DNA of 60,493 nucleotides, filler included, from Pirum gemmata (GCA_002812295.1; 10 parts of 10 records of this genome joined end to end with filler, not necessarily neighbours in it); one strand, 5' to 3'; positions 49,030 through 59,593 are shown, numbered from the whole stretch's first letter. Program-made: numbers and translations. Notes: a model not told the origin generated them from the letters alone.

Positions 49030-51142
49030 TCTAGCTAGCTAGCTAGCTACTACTAGAGACTGAGGTAGTACCCCCGTGTAGTATTCATAGCTATCGGAAC
49101 TGCTATCGGATAGGATAGAAAATGCTAAAAACAGATTCAGCTGGGTTCCTAGTAAAACTTCCTACTAGTTCTACTAGTACACCTACAGTAATAAAGTGTA
49201 ACTGTAATAATATATTATGATGATGATGAAAAATTTAAAAAATTTATATATTTTAATATGTATTTTGCTACTTTGATAAGGTTTGTAGTTCGCTTTCAAA
49301 TGTTACTTTTCCAGATTCCAGACCAAGTTTAATTAAAGTGTAAAGTATCTTCTGTTGCTCATGATTGTATTCATTTTGACTAATAATGTTAACTAGCTAG
49401 TAGATATAGCTAGTGCTCTCTAGACTAGCTAGCTAGCAGTTCTCTAGTAGCTAGCTAGACTAAGTGCTACTAAATCTTATCCACATTATCATAATAATAG
49501 TTCTGGCACAAAATTTAATGCCCCCCCAAAAACAAAGGTGGTCATGCACGATGTAAACGAGATGTCAATTTCTCGTTAAAATTCTCTCATTATACAATTT
49601 GTAACCAACATTGATGAATGCTGGGTACATCAGTTTATCCAATCTAGTATGAATCAACTCTGGTACCAAATGCAAAATTTAATATTCACCCCTACTAATT
49701 ATAAAATTACTTTGCTACGTTGGATAGCTCAAATTTAAACTGCACAATTCTATCATAGTATAGCTCTACAGTCTATTACCAACACATCCGCTATTACCAA
49801 TATTTGAGGATTGCTCACACCACTAAATTTGAACCCGGAACTGTTACTAACGGGAACAGTTAAAAGCATTGATAATACAGTTAAAATTGATAATCTTAGT
49901 TAACACTACACCACCACTTACTACTACACCACCACTTACTACCACCCCCTTTAAATTCCTCGATAGACGTTTGGATTACCAAAATACAACGAAAGCGCAC
50001 AGCTTTAAAAGGTATATTTAATACCTAATAAATTAATCAACTATTGGTGGATCCAATTAATACATAAACCTGTTTGTGTATGGAAACATTCAACAATGGT
50101 GTTTTCATTTTCCCTTACTGTAATCAATCTTTCACAGTTTAAAACAAACCTTTTTAGTTATTGTAAACTGAAATTTACTTGGTCTACAGCCAGTAAGTCA
50201 CCAAAATCTAATATTAGGTACCAATATAGTGGACAATGTCATGTTCCACACCACTTTCACAAACACCTGGCAATATATTATCAGTGTTGCAAACTTTCGA
50301 ATGTTCAAGATTTTCAACAAAATCTATAACAACAAAAATACAAAAATCAATAATATGTTTTTTTAAAAAAACACGTAAAACGCGAACTCAAAGACATACT
50401 TTATAATTATATCAACAACTACAAGAATGTCCTTATGCGCATATTATATTTTTTAAAACAATATACTTTTCAATATGATACCTTGACCCTATTAGCTAAG
50501 CAACTATGATATAGTTATATTTTCTAATAATAAAGATTTAGAAGGGGGGGGGTAGCTGCTACAGTGATCTCTGTAATTAGGTCTCTCGGAGACTACAATT
50601 GCGACAAAGGCAATTTTAGGGAAAAAACGGAAAAAAAAAGAAAAAATCAAAAAAATTAAAAAAAATATATAATAAAAATCTAGTCTTTTCAGAGGTGTTT
50701 CAGAGATTTTTTTTAAAAAAAACAGTTTTAATTTTTGATTTGCATCAATAAATAATTTTGTCATTGAGATAATAACAAGATAATCCACTTTTTAATTTTT
50801 GACCATTTTGAAGACGTACACTAAGACAAACACTAACCTAATTACAGAGATTATTATAGAGTACTTACTGTAGCTAGGCCCTATAAACTAGCTATCGATT
50901 GATAAGACTTAGTAGAGTCTTAGTAGGCACTCTAAGGGAGTCTAAGCACGTCAAGATACAACCTGTTCCAAAGAACTTCCAAAGAATTTTTACCAGAAGC
51001 AAAGACCCATTCCTGGAGTCTTTGGCTAAAACTTGCAAAACTAGACCATATTATATAGACACTTTATGCGAGTTGACATTTAGTTTATATTGACTCTCTT
51101 AGTCTCTCTTATTACACATAAAAAAACTATAATGTGGAAGAC

Positions 51143-51179
<37 letters not shown>

Positions 51180-51579
51180 TTTAAGTCATTTTTTTAAATA
51201 TTATTAACGTAACAACTAAATTGATATTATTTTGTTGAAAGGGCCAAGTGGTTTTTATTACTTTCTTTAAACGTCATCCAAGCGTCTTCATCTGTCCCTT
51301 TCAAGCTTTTAATCGTTACGTCATACTACGTCATATCAAATTCATTTATTACAAATTATTTTCGTCTTCCTTTTAGTAATAATAATAATAATCAATCAAT
51401 CAATCAATCAATAAACGTAATACTAACAATAATCATAATCGTAGTCATAATCATGAGTGTAAAGTGTATAGATAACTATAGATACGTGATAACATCTCAA
51501 TCACTCCTGGGTTTATTATTATTATTATTATTAATTAACTATTATTATTATTTATTATTATTATTATTATTTATTATTG

Positions 51580-51815
51580 TTGCCAGATAAAATTGTATGA
51601 TAAATCAAAAAAAAATAATTTAGACTTCTTTTCTAAAAACCTAAAAACAGTCTAAAAACCTAGCCAAATTATTTTTAAAAATAGCCAAATTATTTGAAAC
51701 TAGCCAAATTATTTTTAAAAACTAGCCATTGGTTCATAATAGAGTTTTTTAGTTAGCCGATTTCTCATAATTTGGTAGTACTTTTATTAAAATTGGATCA
51801 TTTTGAGATTTTTTC
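51580..51815 (+). mobile_element. MITE family G copy with triplicated TAGCCAAATTATTT
   Basis: Homology to 44847-45072. Confidence 0.75.
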
Positions 51816-51932
51816 ACCATGGTAAGGGATGCCTTATATATGCCTTAAACTCTTATTATTATATTCAGATATTCAGGGCATGGTAAATGCATTTAGGGCA
51901 TAGTAAAATTTGCCATTTATTATTTTTTGACT

Positions 51933-51980
<48 letters not shown>

Positions 51981-52768
51981 TTTAGTCTAAATTGGGGATA
52001 CAGTGATATAAAAACACTATAAAAACTCAGCTGGTGATAATAAAAATAATATGATACCTCCAGACTACCTCCAGTATAAAAACTCTCCAATAATAATCTC
52101 AAGATCTGCTATAATTATATAAAAAAAACACTGTTTCAAACTTTCAATACTGTCTAAGTCTGTGTTATTCAAGTTCATTGAATACCGTTTCGAAAAGCCA
52201 CACTGTTTCGCGAATCACGACCGTTTCACGCACTTTTCTCAGGTTTCAACACATGTGTTTCACGTGGAGGAGTGGAGATGTGTGGAGATGAGCTTGGAGA
52301 TGTATCATAATTTATTATACTATATTATTATCTCATATATAGTGCATATTTGATATGTGTAGCAAATTTTGGTTTTTAATATAATATTTTTGCTATATAT
52401 AATGCATTTCTGGGAAAGTAAAGGTCATAATGATGACTATATAGTACTCCCAAGGAAGTTTGGCTGCTAATAAAACAATATTTACCACCTACTAATTCTA
52501 TTATTTATATGACCCCTTTTACTATCACAAAAGTGATGTGGTAACTATGTGGCATGATTTAGGTTATGACTTATCCTAATGAAGATTTTTCTACTCATAA
52601 TTTGTTATATGTTTAGACATATGTGTATGATATATTTACACAACATTTTGTGCATCAGGCAGTATAGTGGACTAAGTGGACTAGCTAACTAGCTAGTCAG
52701 CTATATGATAGACTGCTGGTAGAACCGTAGAGCTGGTAGACTGTAGCCTACTCTAGCTATCGTAGCAA

Positions 52769-52910
52769 GAGAGCGTCCAAATAATACGTCGCGTCAAGGG
52801 GTAAGTAGGTAGGTGCTTTTGACCTGAAATTAACGTTGAGGAGTAGGTAGGTAGGGGTTTGAAGGTGCATTTGACTGGAAATTGGCGTTACGTAGTATTT
52901 GAACGCTCCC
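52769..52910 (+). mobile_element. MITE family D copy
   Basis: GAGAGCGTCCAAATAATACGTC...GCGTTACGTAGTATTTGAACGCTCCC. Confidence 0.85.
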
Positions 52911-53156
52911 AAGCTAGGAAACATCCATAACATAATAAAGGACGCCATCGACTCAGTAAAAATTTTCCGACGAGGTCGTCGGATCCATCCGACCCCCAGA
53001 ACCCTATATTTCCGATTTCCGATTCGGAATGAACACCGAGTATGCTACTAGCTAGCTAGTGAATGCTAGTGAGTATGTGAGTAAAAAACATGAGTGGCCC
53101 AATGACTCTGCAGTGAGAGCTACTACTGCTACTAGCTAGCTAGCTAATTAGCTAGC

Positions 53157-53382
53157 TAGGCTTCTCCCAATTCTGCTCTGTTTAAAAATCGAGATTTCGA
53201 GTCTATATATTAATGAATAAGTTCGAAATGTTCAAGCTTACAATTAAGTATTCAAATATATTATTTATTTATTAATAAACCTGAAAAATACGAAAAAACA
53301 TTTTTTCGAACGGAGCTGAATTTTGGCTTTTTTTGACAGCAGAAATTCGAGTTTTTGGGTTTGAGCAGAATTGGGAGGACCC
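53157..53382 (+). mobile_element. MITE family H, full length
   Basis: TA-GGCTTCTCCCAATTCTGCTC...GAGCAGAATTGGGAGGACC; inverted copy at 60097-60379. Confidence 0.82.
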
Positions 53383-53413
53383 ACCCGTGTACTGCGCCCG
53401 TGTAGACTTTTTG

Positions 53414-53487
53414 TACATGGGTGACAAACATAGCGCAGACTTTTTTTTGTCTACACAAGTGACAAACATAGAGGTTGGTGTCACCCA

Positions 53488-53491
<4 letters not shown>
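53414..53491. mobile_element. Putative 74-bp TA-flanked mini-TIR element
   Basis: TA-CATGGGTGACA...TGTCACCCATG-TA with internal direct repeat GTGACAAACATAG. Confidence 0.5.
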
Positions 53492-53523
<32 letters not shown>

Positions 53524-53989
53524 AAATTTACATTTTTTTTTAAAAAAACTACCCATTATTTAAATATGGTAACAGAATATCTCTCTTTAGTATGTCTACG
53601 TGGGTGACTACAGCTGTGACTACTCAACCGTTAGACAAAAAAAAATTCAAAAAAAGTCTATAGACTAAGTATAGACTATGGCCCTTGGGGTAACATGTAT
53701 GGGTGACAATTATATTAGTCTTATGACATATGATATGATAATAAAATAAAAAAAAATAAATATATAAAATAATAAAAATAAAAAATTTAATAAATTATAA
53801 GGAGATTATTTAGTTTATTTATTAATCTAAGTAAGCTTAATTTCATTTAACATTATTAATATTAATATAACAAAAAAAAAAAAAAAANNNNNNNNNNNNN
53901 NNNNNNNNNNNNNNNNNNNNNNNNNNNNNNNTTAATTAATTAANNNNNNNNNNNNNNNNNNNNNNNNNNNNNNNNNNNNNNNNNNNNGA

Positions 53990-55024
53990 GTTCCAAGATT
54001 TTCTGAATTGATGTCTGCTACGAAGGAGCCTAAAGGTTTAAACATGTTTGTTTCGTTAAAACAAAAATTTGCTAAACCTTTCCATCCAAAACATTTGAGG
54101 GAGGTTGTAAAGCATAATTTAAAACAAATACTTGTTCAAGATATCATCCTTGATTATGATATACGTATTGGAAATGCTAAACAAATTTGGTATGATGCAG
54201 TGCATATCATTCGAGGAATTAAAAATGAAATAGTATACCAAAGTAAATTTCATATTGTATTTAATATCGATAATGAAGCTTTTTTCCGTTATGATCTAGA
54301 CATGTTTAAAGTAAGTGACATTTTAGAAAAAGAGTTTTCTGAATGGCGAATATTACCTAGTCCAATACGAATAGGTCAACTACATTTTTTTTGGATAAAT
54401 ATTCCACAAGATCTTTACCAAAACATGGTAAGCTTTTATTTTTTTATGTATAATATAATGATTCCTAAGATTTTAAATACCAAACTTTTTGGAATTTCTA
54501 AAATTGGGGATTATTTATTTCAATACAACGAAGAAGATGAGAGAATAGATTTACAAGTAGAAGGTTGTAACTTGATACAAATACTTAATAGTGAAATATT
54601 CGATAATACTACTGCCAGTTGTAACAATATGTGGGAAATCTATAACTTATTGGGAATTGAAGCTACACGTCAATATTTGATTGAAGAATTTGAAAAAGTA
54701 TTGAATTCAGATGGTATTACTATATTCCAGTCACATATTTTATTATTAGTAGATGTTATGTGTTTTACAGGTTCAATAACTAGTATTTCTCGTTACGGAA
54801 CTAGAAATAAAGAAAGTCCTTTAGCCAGAGCTTCATTTGAAGAATCTTTAGATAATTTTCTAAGAGCAGTAATTTTTACCGAAACTGACACCGGGGTAAG
54901 TGTTAGTGCATCCGTTATGTTAGCCAAAACCAGTAAAACTGGAACTGGATTTTGTGGATTAAAATTACAAATTAATCATGAGAAGGTAAATACTATTATC
55001 AATAAGCTAAACCAAATGTTGTAA
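53990..55024 (+). CDS. rpb1: DNA-directed RNA polymerase largest subunit (RPB1/RPO1), C-terminal fragment, NCLDV-like; 5' end cut by the contig start
   Basis: The frame is open from the contig edge: VPRFSELMSATKEPK. Conserved NNMWEIYNLLGIEATR, HILLLVDVM, SISRYG, PLARASFEE and KTGTG. No heptad CTD and no introns. Confidence 0.92.
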   Translation, partial: VPRFSELMSATKEPKGLNMFVSLKQKFAKPFHPKHLREVVKHNLKQILVQDIILDYDIRIGNAKQIWYDAVHIIRGIKNEIVYQSKFHIVFNIDNEAFFRYDLDMFKVSDILEKEFSEWRILPSPIRIGQLHFFWINIPQDLYQNMVSFYFFMYNIMIPKILNTKLFGISKIGDYLFQYNEEDERIDLQVEGCNLIQILNSEIFDNTTASCNNMWEIYNLLGIEATRQYLIEEFEKVLNSDGITIFQSHILLLVDVMCFTGSITSISRYGTRNKESPLARASFEESLDNFLRAVIFTETDTGVSVSASVMLAKTSKTGTGFCGLKLQINHEKVNTIINKLNQML

Positions 55025-55294
55025 CATTAATTTTTTATTTATACATAAATAAATGTTGTTGTTGATATCAGTTTTTCTTTTACTTGTTATCTTCTATATT
55101 ATTAAAGTTATTTTTTCTTTAAGTCCAATGAGTTTAAATTCTTTTAGCCACACGCGAAATTTTCATTGAAAAAAAAAAAGAAAATTAATTTCTATTGAAT
55201 TAGATATTTTATGGAATCAATAATTTCGTTTTTTTGAAAAAATATTATTTGTATAAAAAGAAAAAATAGGCATATTTCTTAGTAAAAATAAAAA

Positions 55295-56155
55295 ATGAAT
55301 TTGTTATATATTTTTCAAAATGATGCATGGCGTTATCAACATAATTATTTTTTTTGGTGTTTTCGTTACTTGGGAGAAAAAAGTTTAAGTTTTGATTTTT
55401 TTTTGGACGAAACTAATAAACGTGTATGTAAAAATATTTTACTTGATGAACAATGTTTATTTATTTTGGAAATTTTATTGATGTACAATCCCGACCCAAA
55501 CCGTTATGAAATAAAAACTGGAAAAAGATTATGCTTTGCTTTAGCTAGAAAAGGGTTTGAAAAATCTTTAATATTTTATATTAGAAAAAGCAAACAAAAA
55601 TTAAGTTTAGAAGAATACATACATTTATTTAATTTTGCATTTAGTTATGGCAATGTGCACATGTATGATTTTTTTAAAGAAAAATCGCTAACGATAAAAG
55701 ATTTAAATTTTAAAAATACTTTTCACGTAAAGACATATAAATTTTTGGTTGAACAACACAATTTTTCACTGGATAACGTACCATGGTATCCAATATTAGT
55801 AAATTTGTCTAGTAAAGTAGAGTGTAAGCAATGGTTCATAACAAACTTTCGTAAAAGCAATGATAATATAACGTTTTGGGATCAAGTTGAAATTATAGAA
55901 AATATTATCGATCATAATCACAAAGTAATGACTAACGAACAATACATGTATCTAGCAGAGAACCGATCAAGATATATTGAAAATCCATACAAGAGAAAAT
56001 ACTTTATGAATTTTTTAAATTTTATTAATAGAACGGATAATGAAGATTTTCGATTCGCTAAAGTATGTTTACGATTGGTTTTTGACTTTAAAATCAAAGA
56101 ACCTATTGTAGTATACAGACAAAAAAAAATTACTGACTATTTTTTTGTAAATTGA
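55295..56155 (+). CDS. Degenerate ankyrin-repeat protein with C-terminal PIP box (286 aa), giant-virus-like
   Basis: Ankyrin-like ILEILLMYNPDPN..KTGKRLCFALARKG and LFNFAFSYGN. Ends RQKKITDYFFVN. Intronless, with A-rich AAAAATG start. Confidence 0.7.
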   Translation: MNLLYIFQNDAWRYQHNYFFWCFRYLGEKSLSFDFFLDETNKRVCKNILLDEQCLFILEILLMYNPDPNRYEIKTGKRLCFALARKGFEKSLIFYIRKSKQKLSLEEYIHLFNFAFSYGNVHMYDFFKEKSLTIKDLNFKNTFHVKTYKFLVEQHNFSLDNVPWYPILVNLSSKVECKQWFITNFRKSNDNITFWDQVEIIENIIDHNHKVMTNEQYMYLAENRSRYIENPYKRKYFMNFLNFINRTDNEDFRFAKVCLRLVFDFKIKEPIVVYRQKKITDYFFVN

Positions 56156-56239
56156 AAAAGCGGTTTATTTTAATTGTTTCATTGCATTTTTAAATTGTGA
56201 CATTAATTTAAAAGAATTGATATTGGAAAATAAAAAAAC

Positions 56240-56833
56240 ATGGAAAGCGTAACAATTATTAACGAAAATAACGAAAATAACGAAAACGAAGATTCTAATA
56301 ACGATAATACAAATTCTATATCTTTGGATGACGTTGATCCAACTCAAACTCATCAAGATGGTTGGAATAGTGTAAATCATTCTTTGCTACAAAAGATGTA
56401 CAAAATGGTAAAAGTGCGTTCCAAAGAAACTGCTAAATCGAGTGATAGTTTTAAATCAAAAAATAAGTGGTCTTTTATTGGAATCACTTCATATATGACT
56501 CTAATATCTATAGTCAGTTTTATAGGAATTTCTGACGGTTTAAGTGAAAATCAAAAAAACGGGTTTCTAATTGCAGCAGGTGCTGGGAATTTAATTGGCA
56601 GTGCGATGTTAACTATTTACCAAAATCAACAATACGCTAAAAAAGATACTATGAATTCGGTGATGAGTAATCTCTTTTTCAGTTTACAAAATGATTTACA
56701 AACTTTAATTTATTCTCCAACGGACACCAGAGGTCAAGCAAATCAAGTGATAACAAGAAATCAGAAATCTATGTCTGGTGGTTGTAAAAATTGTTGCGGT
56801 GGTGGTTGTAAAAATTGTTGCGGTGGTGGATAG
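56240..56833 (+). CDS. Two-TM SLATT-like protein of the kind common in NCLDV genomes (197 aa; C-terminus possibly aberrant)
   Basis: Pattern W...LLQK...S, TM1 (WSFIGITSYMTLISIVSFIG), TM2 (FLIAAGAGNLIGSAMLTIY), then helical FFSLQNDLQTLI..P...R. The tail GGCKNCCG x2 comes from a 24-bp duplication. Confidence 0.65.
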   Translation: MESVTIINENNENNENEDSNNDNTNSISLDDVDPTQTHQDGWNSVNHSLLQKMYKMVKVRSKETAKSSDSFKSKNKWSFIGITSYMTLISIVSFIGISDGLSENQKNGFLIAAGAGNLIGSAMLTIYQNQQYAKKDTMNSVMSNLFFSLQNDLQTLIYSPTDTRGQANQVITRNQKSMSGGCKNCCGGGCKNCCGGG

Positions 56834-57022
56834 GCGGTTGCTTCTCCAAATTTTAATTTTCTTACTTTCTTGACTTTCTTGACTTTATTTTTTGTTTTGG
56901 ACTTATAGTTGAGTCCAGAATAATTTGGTGATTTTCTATTTGTTTTTATAGTTCTCAATGATCCTTAAAAATCATGCGAGATGGTGCTTTTCGAATAGAT
57001 GTTGAAGCACCTACTGATATAG
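56761..57022 (-). pseudogene. Possible frameshifted 3' remnant of a convergent basic-protein gene
   Basis: AISVGASTSIRKAPSRMIF, a frameshift, then LRTIKTNRKSP...KVKKVKKVRKLKFG..PPPQQFLQ x2. No proper start; its 5' side abuts the Harbinger-type terminus. Confidence 0.3.
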
Positions 57023-57032
57023 CAAAAAAGTG

Positions 57033-57148
57033 GTTTTTTGCGTTATGTCATATTACGAAAACCTACCCCCCTACTGCGTCACGGCCTGTCACAAAAATCC
57101 GACCCCCCCTACCTACCCCCAAGCGTTACGTAATTATTGAACGCTCCC
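57033..57148 (-). mobile_element. Single PIF/Harbinger-type terminus with subterminal repeats, interior facing left
   Basis: The minus strand begins GGGAGCGTTCAATAATTACGTAACGC, followed by G-runs, TGTGACA/CGTGACG and a second TAACGC. The outer flank is TTA. The TIR is nearly the same as family D. Confidence 0.75.
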
Positions 57149-57177
57149 TTATAATTATGATGTAGTTTCACAAATGT

Positions 57178-57385
57178 TATCGTCTATTTCATTACCGTTG
57201 TCCTCTCAATCTTTTTTAAGGAATACTGTTTAAGTGTATAATTGAACTTTTTTATAAAATACAGCATTATCATTAATTGATATTATTTGATTCTTTTATC
57301 AATAATCTAAATAATCGATATATATTTATTAAATATATAACAAAAGTATAAAATACCAAAAAAATCATGCCTGATAGTCTAACAG
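57178..57385 (-). mobile_element. MITE family B copy, degenerate
   Basis: TATCGTCTATTTCATTACCGTTGTCCTCTCAATCTTT..TACTGTTTAAGTGTATAATTGAACTT is the inverse of family B. Confidence 0.7.
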
Positions 57386-57813
57386 TGTTTTTCAATACTT
57401 TTTGAATGCTAACGTCTAACAGTGTTTTTCAATACTTTTTCAATACTGTTTGTTGACCAGTTCAAAAACTGAAATTTGCAAATAATTAGTCTATTATTGT
57501 AATTAAAGTTGCCATAAACCTCTCATACCCTAGTAGCTAGTCTCTATTCGTCAGATAGCGCTGTCATTTCTAACTATCGATACTCTAGCTAGTAGCTAGC
57601 TAGCCTTCAGGCAATGAACTGGTCTTTTTGAAATATTTTTTTAAGACTCAAGAATTCTGATTGGATAATCTTTGTCAAATTTTTAAGACTCTATTTTTCA
57701 CTGGATAAAATAATAAAATTACCATAAAAAGTCAATGAATAACCAAATTAAGTAAAATGTAAGATTGTTACCATCTTTAGTAATATAAACCATAAAATAA
57801 GACTTTGAAATCC

Positions 57814-57848
<35 letters not shown>

Positions 57849-57851
57849 TAG

Positions 57852-57883
<32 letters not shown>

Positions 57884-57944
57884 AAATTAGACACCTGGAT
57901 TTCTTATCGATAATTACCTAGATTATTTGACATAATAAAATAGT

Positions 57945-58285
57945 AATAAAATATACAATAAAGAATTTGGTATATTTTATCATCTATTTATTCGTTTTTA
58001 AAAAAATGTCAATTCAAAGGTTATAAACCACCAAATAAATATGCATAACTATTCAGAATGACAAAGTAAAATGAAAAGCACAAAATAAAATTCGTATCGT
58101 GCTTTTCAGTTATTTTGTCGTCATAAAAAAATAAACAATAAATAGTACCAAATTAATACAATATAAGTCCATTTCATTTTATTTGGTATATTTTATTATT
58201 ATATTTATTTATTTAAAAGTATCAATTTAAATATTATAAACAACCAGATAAATATTCGGAGTGACAAAATAAATGGAAAGCATAC
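57945..58285 (+). mobile_element. Two tandem family A MITEs (about 57945-58083 and 58095-58285)
   Basis: Family A termini and interior. Confidence 0.82.
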
Positions 58286-58799
58286 CACTGAAAAACACCA
58301 TACTTTGTCCCTCGGTCTACACCATGATTTTCATTGTGTTGGATAATGAGCTAGGGAAAGTTACCTAGCTAGATAAATGGTGGGGGGTCATGATTCTACT
58401 GTTTGTAAACATGATGATAATGATGATAATGATGATAATGATGATAATGATAATGATAATGATATCGATAATGATAACGATAACGATAATGATTTTAAAA
58501 AGAAAGATGAAGAATATTAATATTGATATATGATATAATGATAATGATAATGATTATGGCAATGGCAATGATAACTATAATGGCAATGGTAATGGTAATG
58601 ATAATGATATTGGTAATAATAATATAGTATTAATTAATATTAATGATAATGAGATGAATTTATCATATGATTTCTAAGTGTACTTCGAAATTCGATCGGT
58701 AAAATAGGAGTTTAGTAATGGACTAGTATTAATAACAGACTAATGGCGTTGTCTTAATCTTGGGCAGTCTTTTGAGTTTTGAAATTTTGACGTTTCAAT

Positions 58800-59380
58800 A
58801 ATAAGGATAAGGATAAGAATAAGGATAAGAATAAGAATAAGAATAAGAATAAGAATAAGAATAAGAATAAGAATAAGAATAAGAATAAGAATAAGAATAA
58901 GAATAATAATAAGAATAATAATAAGAATAAGAATAAGAGCAAGAATAAGAATAAGAATAAGAATAAGAATAAGAATAAGAATAAGAATAGCCCTAAAATT
59001 ATTATTATTCAAAGCAAGGACTACTCTGGCTAGCTTTCTACCTCTAGCTGAGCTAGCTACAATGCTACATAGCTACTACTAGCTAGCTAGTACTTAGCTA
59101 GCTAGTAGGTCTACACCAGAGNAGAATAAGAATAAGAATAAGAATAAGAATAAGAATAAGAATAATAATAAGAATAATAATAAGAATAAGAATAAGAGCA
59201 AGAATAAGAATAAGAATAAGAATAAGAATAAGAATAAGAATAAGAATAGCCCTAAAATTATTATTATTCAAAGCAAGGACTACTCTGGCTAGCTTTCTAC
59301 CTCTAGCTGAGCTAGCTACAATGCTACATAGCTACTACTAGCTAGCTAGTACTTAGCTAGCTAGTAGGTCTACACCAGAG
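58800..59380. repeat. (AGAATA)n microsatellite plus an exact duplication of about 260 bp across a single N (59122); probable assembly artefact
   Basis: The block ending ...GGTCTACACCAGAG occurs identically on both sides of the N. Confidence 0.85.
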
Positions 59381-59593
59381 ACTACAAGAATTTTTTTTTT
59401 TTCAATTTTTTTTTGAACTCCTTGTTGAACTCCATGTTATTATTCAAACATCAATAATAACCCGAAACTTTTCGGGTTTGCTCGAAAAATAAGATGGGTT
59501 CAAGCCTAATCAAATTTTGATAATTGTGCTTTTCGAACATAGATAATTGAAAAAACAAACTCGAAATTATGAGACTTATTTATATATAGAATA

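Noticed and set aside
53990..55024. Host Pol II RPB1 or archaeal RpoA2
   Set aside because: No CTD or introns, a divergent middle region and virus-like neighbours argue against Pol II. The frame is open upstream past VPR, so a split subunit start is not visible. A phylogeny is still needed.
55034..55053. Hairpin after rpb1 as a Mimivirus-type termination signal; AAATTGA at about 56149 as an early promoter
   Set aside because: An 8-bp all-AT stem and an imperfect motif are expected by chance at this AT content.
58862..59380. Exact tandem duplication of about 260 bp (also the 18-bp one around N47586)
   Set aside because: Identical copies separated by a single N indicate unmerged contig overlaps.
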